The notes under the pieces: model-generated
Database searches by the model: none
Told to the model about the DNA's origin: nothing
The model's input: the letters and a program-made list of their open reading frames with translations, nothing else
Made by a program: the position numbers and the translations under genes
Shown here: piece after piece, positions 60,662 through 64,000 of the stretch
Layout of the letters: each line of letters starts with the position of its first letter
Numbering within the stretch: the stretch's first letter is position 1
Assembly: GCA_018401435.1 (NCBI GenBank)
Contig: JAGYJW010000007.1
Span: forward strand, 86,615-150,614
Reading direction: 5' to 3'
Length of the DNA: 64,000 bases
Origin: Deltaproteobacteria bacterium
GTDB lineage: Bacteria > Myxococcota_A > UBA796 > UBA2385

Positions 60662-60729
60662 GCCCGGCCCGGGTCAGATCGGGATCCTCCGCGTTAGGCA
60701 GGGGGCCCCACCGACCCCGCGGAGCGCCC

Positions 60730-62961
<2,232 letters not shown>

Positions 62962-62988
62962 TCCGGGCCCGGGCGCGCCGGGGCGGCC

Positions 62989-63555
62989 TCAGCGCCCCCC
63001 GGCGTCGGCGGCCTGTCGGCCCGTCACGGGGAAGGGGGCCGACCACTGGTCGTCTTCGTCCACCACGCGCAGGTTCAGCGTGTAGCTGCCCGCGCTGGCG
63101 CAGGACACGTTGTCGGCCGTCTCGTTGAAGGAGCCCGAGCAGCTGCCGCCGCTGTTGCAGGTCAGGGCGTAGCGGGCGATCTCGGTGCTGCCCTGGGACA
63201 CGATCACCCCCTCCTCAAAGAAGGTCTGCACTGTGTCCAGGCCCTGGGGATCATCAAAGCTGGCCTGCACCACCCACAGCCAGGCGCTCTCGCCGGTGCT
63301 GTGGGGGTAGCACCAGGCGTCGCCGTTGAGCACCCGGGGGGCGCTGTCGCCGCTGCCGTCGGTGCCGTCGGTGCCGTCGGTGCCGTCAGTGCCGTCGGTG
63401 CCGTCGGTGCTGCCATCGGCACCCTCGCTGCCGTCGGCGCCGTCCCCGCCAAAGGGGCTGTCTTCGTCGGTGGATGCGCTGTCGGCCGCGTCGGTCTTGT
63501 CACCGCAGGCCAGCAGCGAGAGGGGGATCCACAAGCAAAGGGCGAATGGACGCAT
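62989..63555 (-). CDS. Hypothetical lipoprotein with (DGT)n linker
   Basis: MRPFALCLWIPLSLLAC lipobox, GGAGG RBS, Cys-containing beta domain. Confidence 0.7.
   Translation of the reverse strand: MRPFALCLWIPLSLLACGDKTDAADSASTDEDSPFGGDGADGSEGADGSTDGTDGTDGTDGTDGTDGSGDSAPRVLNGDAWCYPHSTGESAWLWVVQASFDDPQGLDTVQTFFEEGVIVSQGSTEIARYALTCNSGGSCSGSFNETADNVSCASAGSYTLNLRVVDEDDQWSAPFPVTGRQAADAGGR
63355..63408. repeat. 9-bp tandem repeat (GCCGTCGGT) x6 encoding TDG repeats
   Basis: Directly visible; one unit has a mismatch. Confidence 0.9.
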
Positions 63556-63697
63556 GGGGCCTCCGAAGTGTTCCAGCCTAACCCCTATCGGACAGCTGTC
63601 CGGTTTGTCCGCGGATCTCTGGCGATGGGACGGGCGTGGAACGGGCATCGGAATCGGCCATCCCCACCGATGAACGCCCCCTTCTCGGGCCCAACCA

Positions 63698-63726
63698 TTG
63701 ACAGGTAGCGACAGATTGTGAATACT
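63698..63726 (+). promoter_or_regulatory. Sigma70-type promoter upstream of rho
   Basis: Perfect TTGACA (63698-63703), 17-nt spacer, AATACT (63721-63726). Confidence 0.65.
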
Positions 63727-63822
63727 GCGAGTCCTCCCTCTCCGTCCCGCCGTCGCTGCGGCGCTGCCCTTCCCCCGGCACCGTCCAGCACCAGCCTCCC
63801 GCCTCCGCTCCCCCAGCACAGC

Positions 63823-64000
63823 ATGGCTATGGACCTCTCCGAACTTCGCCCCTGCAATATTGCCGAGCTGGTCGAGCTTGCGCAGGTTGAGGGCATCGAC
63901 AACGCCTCCGGTCTCCGCCGGCAGGAGCTCATCTTCGAGATCGTGCGCCGCAAGGCCGGATCCGGGGGTGGGGCCATGGGCGAGGGCGTCCTCGAGACGC
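63823..64000 (+). CDS. rho: Transcription termination factor Rho, N-terminal part (truncated by the window edge)
   Basis: MDLSEL...IAELVELA...GIDNASGLRRQELIFEI...GEGVLE matches the Rho N-terminus. Confidence 0.88.
   Translation, partial: MAMDLSELRPCNIAELVELAQVEGIDNASGLRRQELIFEIVRRKAGSGGGAMGEGVLET

Overview
A GC-rich bacterial window with about 63 protein genes. The gene content (many lipoproteins with DGxDG linkers, a PP2C-cNMP phosphatase, a vWA lipoprotein, an A2-type caa3 oxidase) suggests Myxococcota or a related deltaproteobacterium; this is inference. No rRNA, tRNA, CRISPR array, transposase or integrase is evident. Housekeeping genes include mdh, gpmI, ltaE, lepB, mlaEF, the cox/cta operon and the 5' end of rho. 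The main finding is a dispersed set of tryptophan catabolism genes between 4 and 32 kb. It contains tryptophan 2,3-dioxygenase, kynurenine formamidase, 2-aminophenol 1,6-dioxygenase (AmnB plus an AmnA-RidA fusion), a 2-aminomuconate semialdehyde dehydrogenase-like ALDH, and an SDR / luciferase-like monooxygenase / variant class-3 asparaginase operon. Kynureninase, kynurenine 3-monooxygenase, 3-hydroxyanthranilate dioxygenase and ACMSD are not in the window. I hypothesise a new route: Baeyer-Villiger oxidation of kynurenine to a beta-aspartyl conjugate of 2-aminophenol, hydrolysis to aspartate plus 2-aminophenol, then meta-cleavage. Other oddities are a lipoprotein ending in a Hint domain without the terminal HN, a UvrD helicase with an inserted DnaQ exonuclease, a transglutaminase-ABC-MlaEF operon and a periodic G-quadruplex motif. 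Several frameshifts at or near G/C runs indicate probable sequencing indels, so some gene boundaries are uncertain. All product calls come from motif recognition, without database searches.
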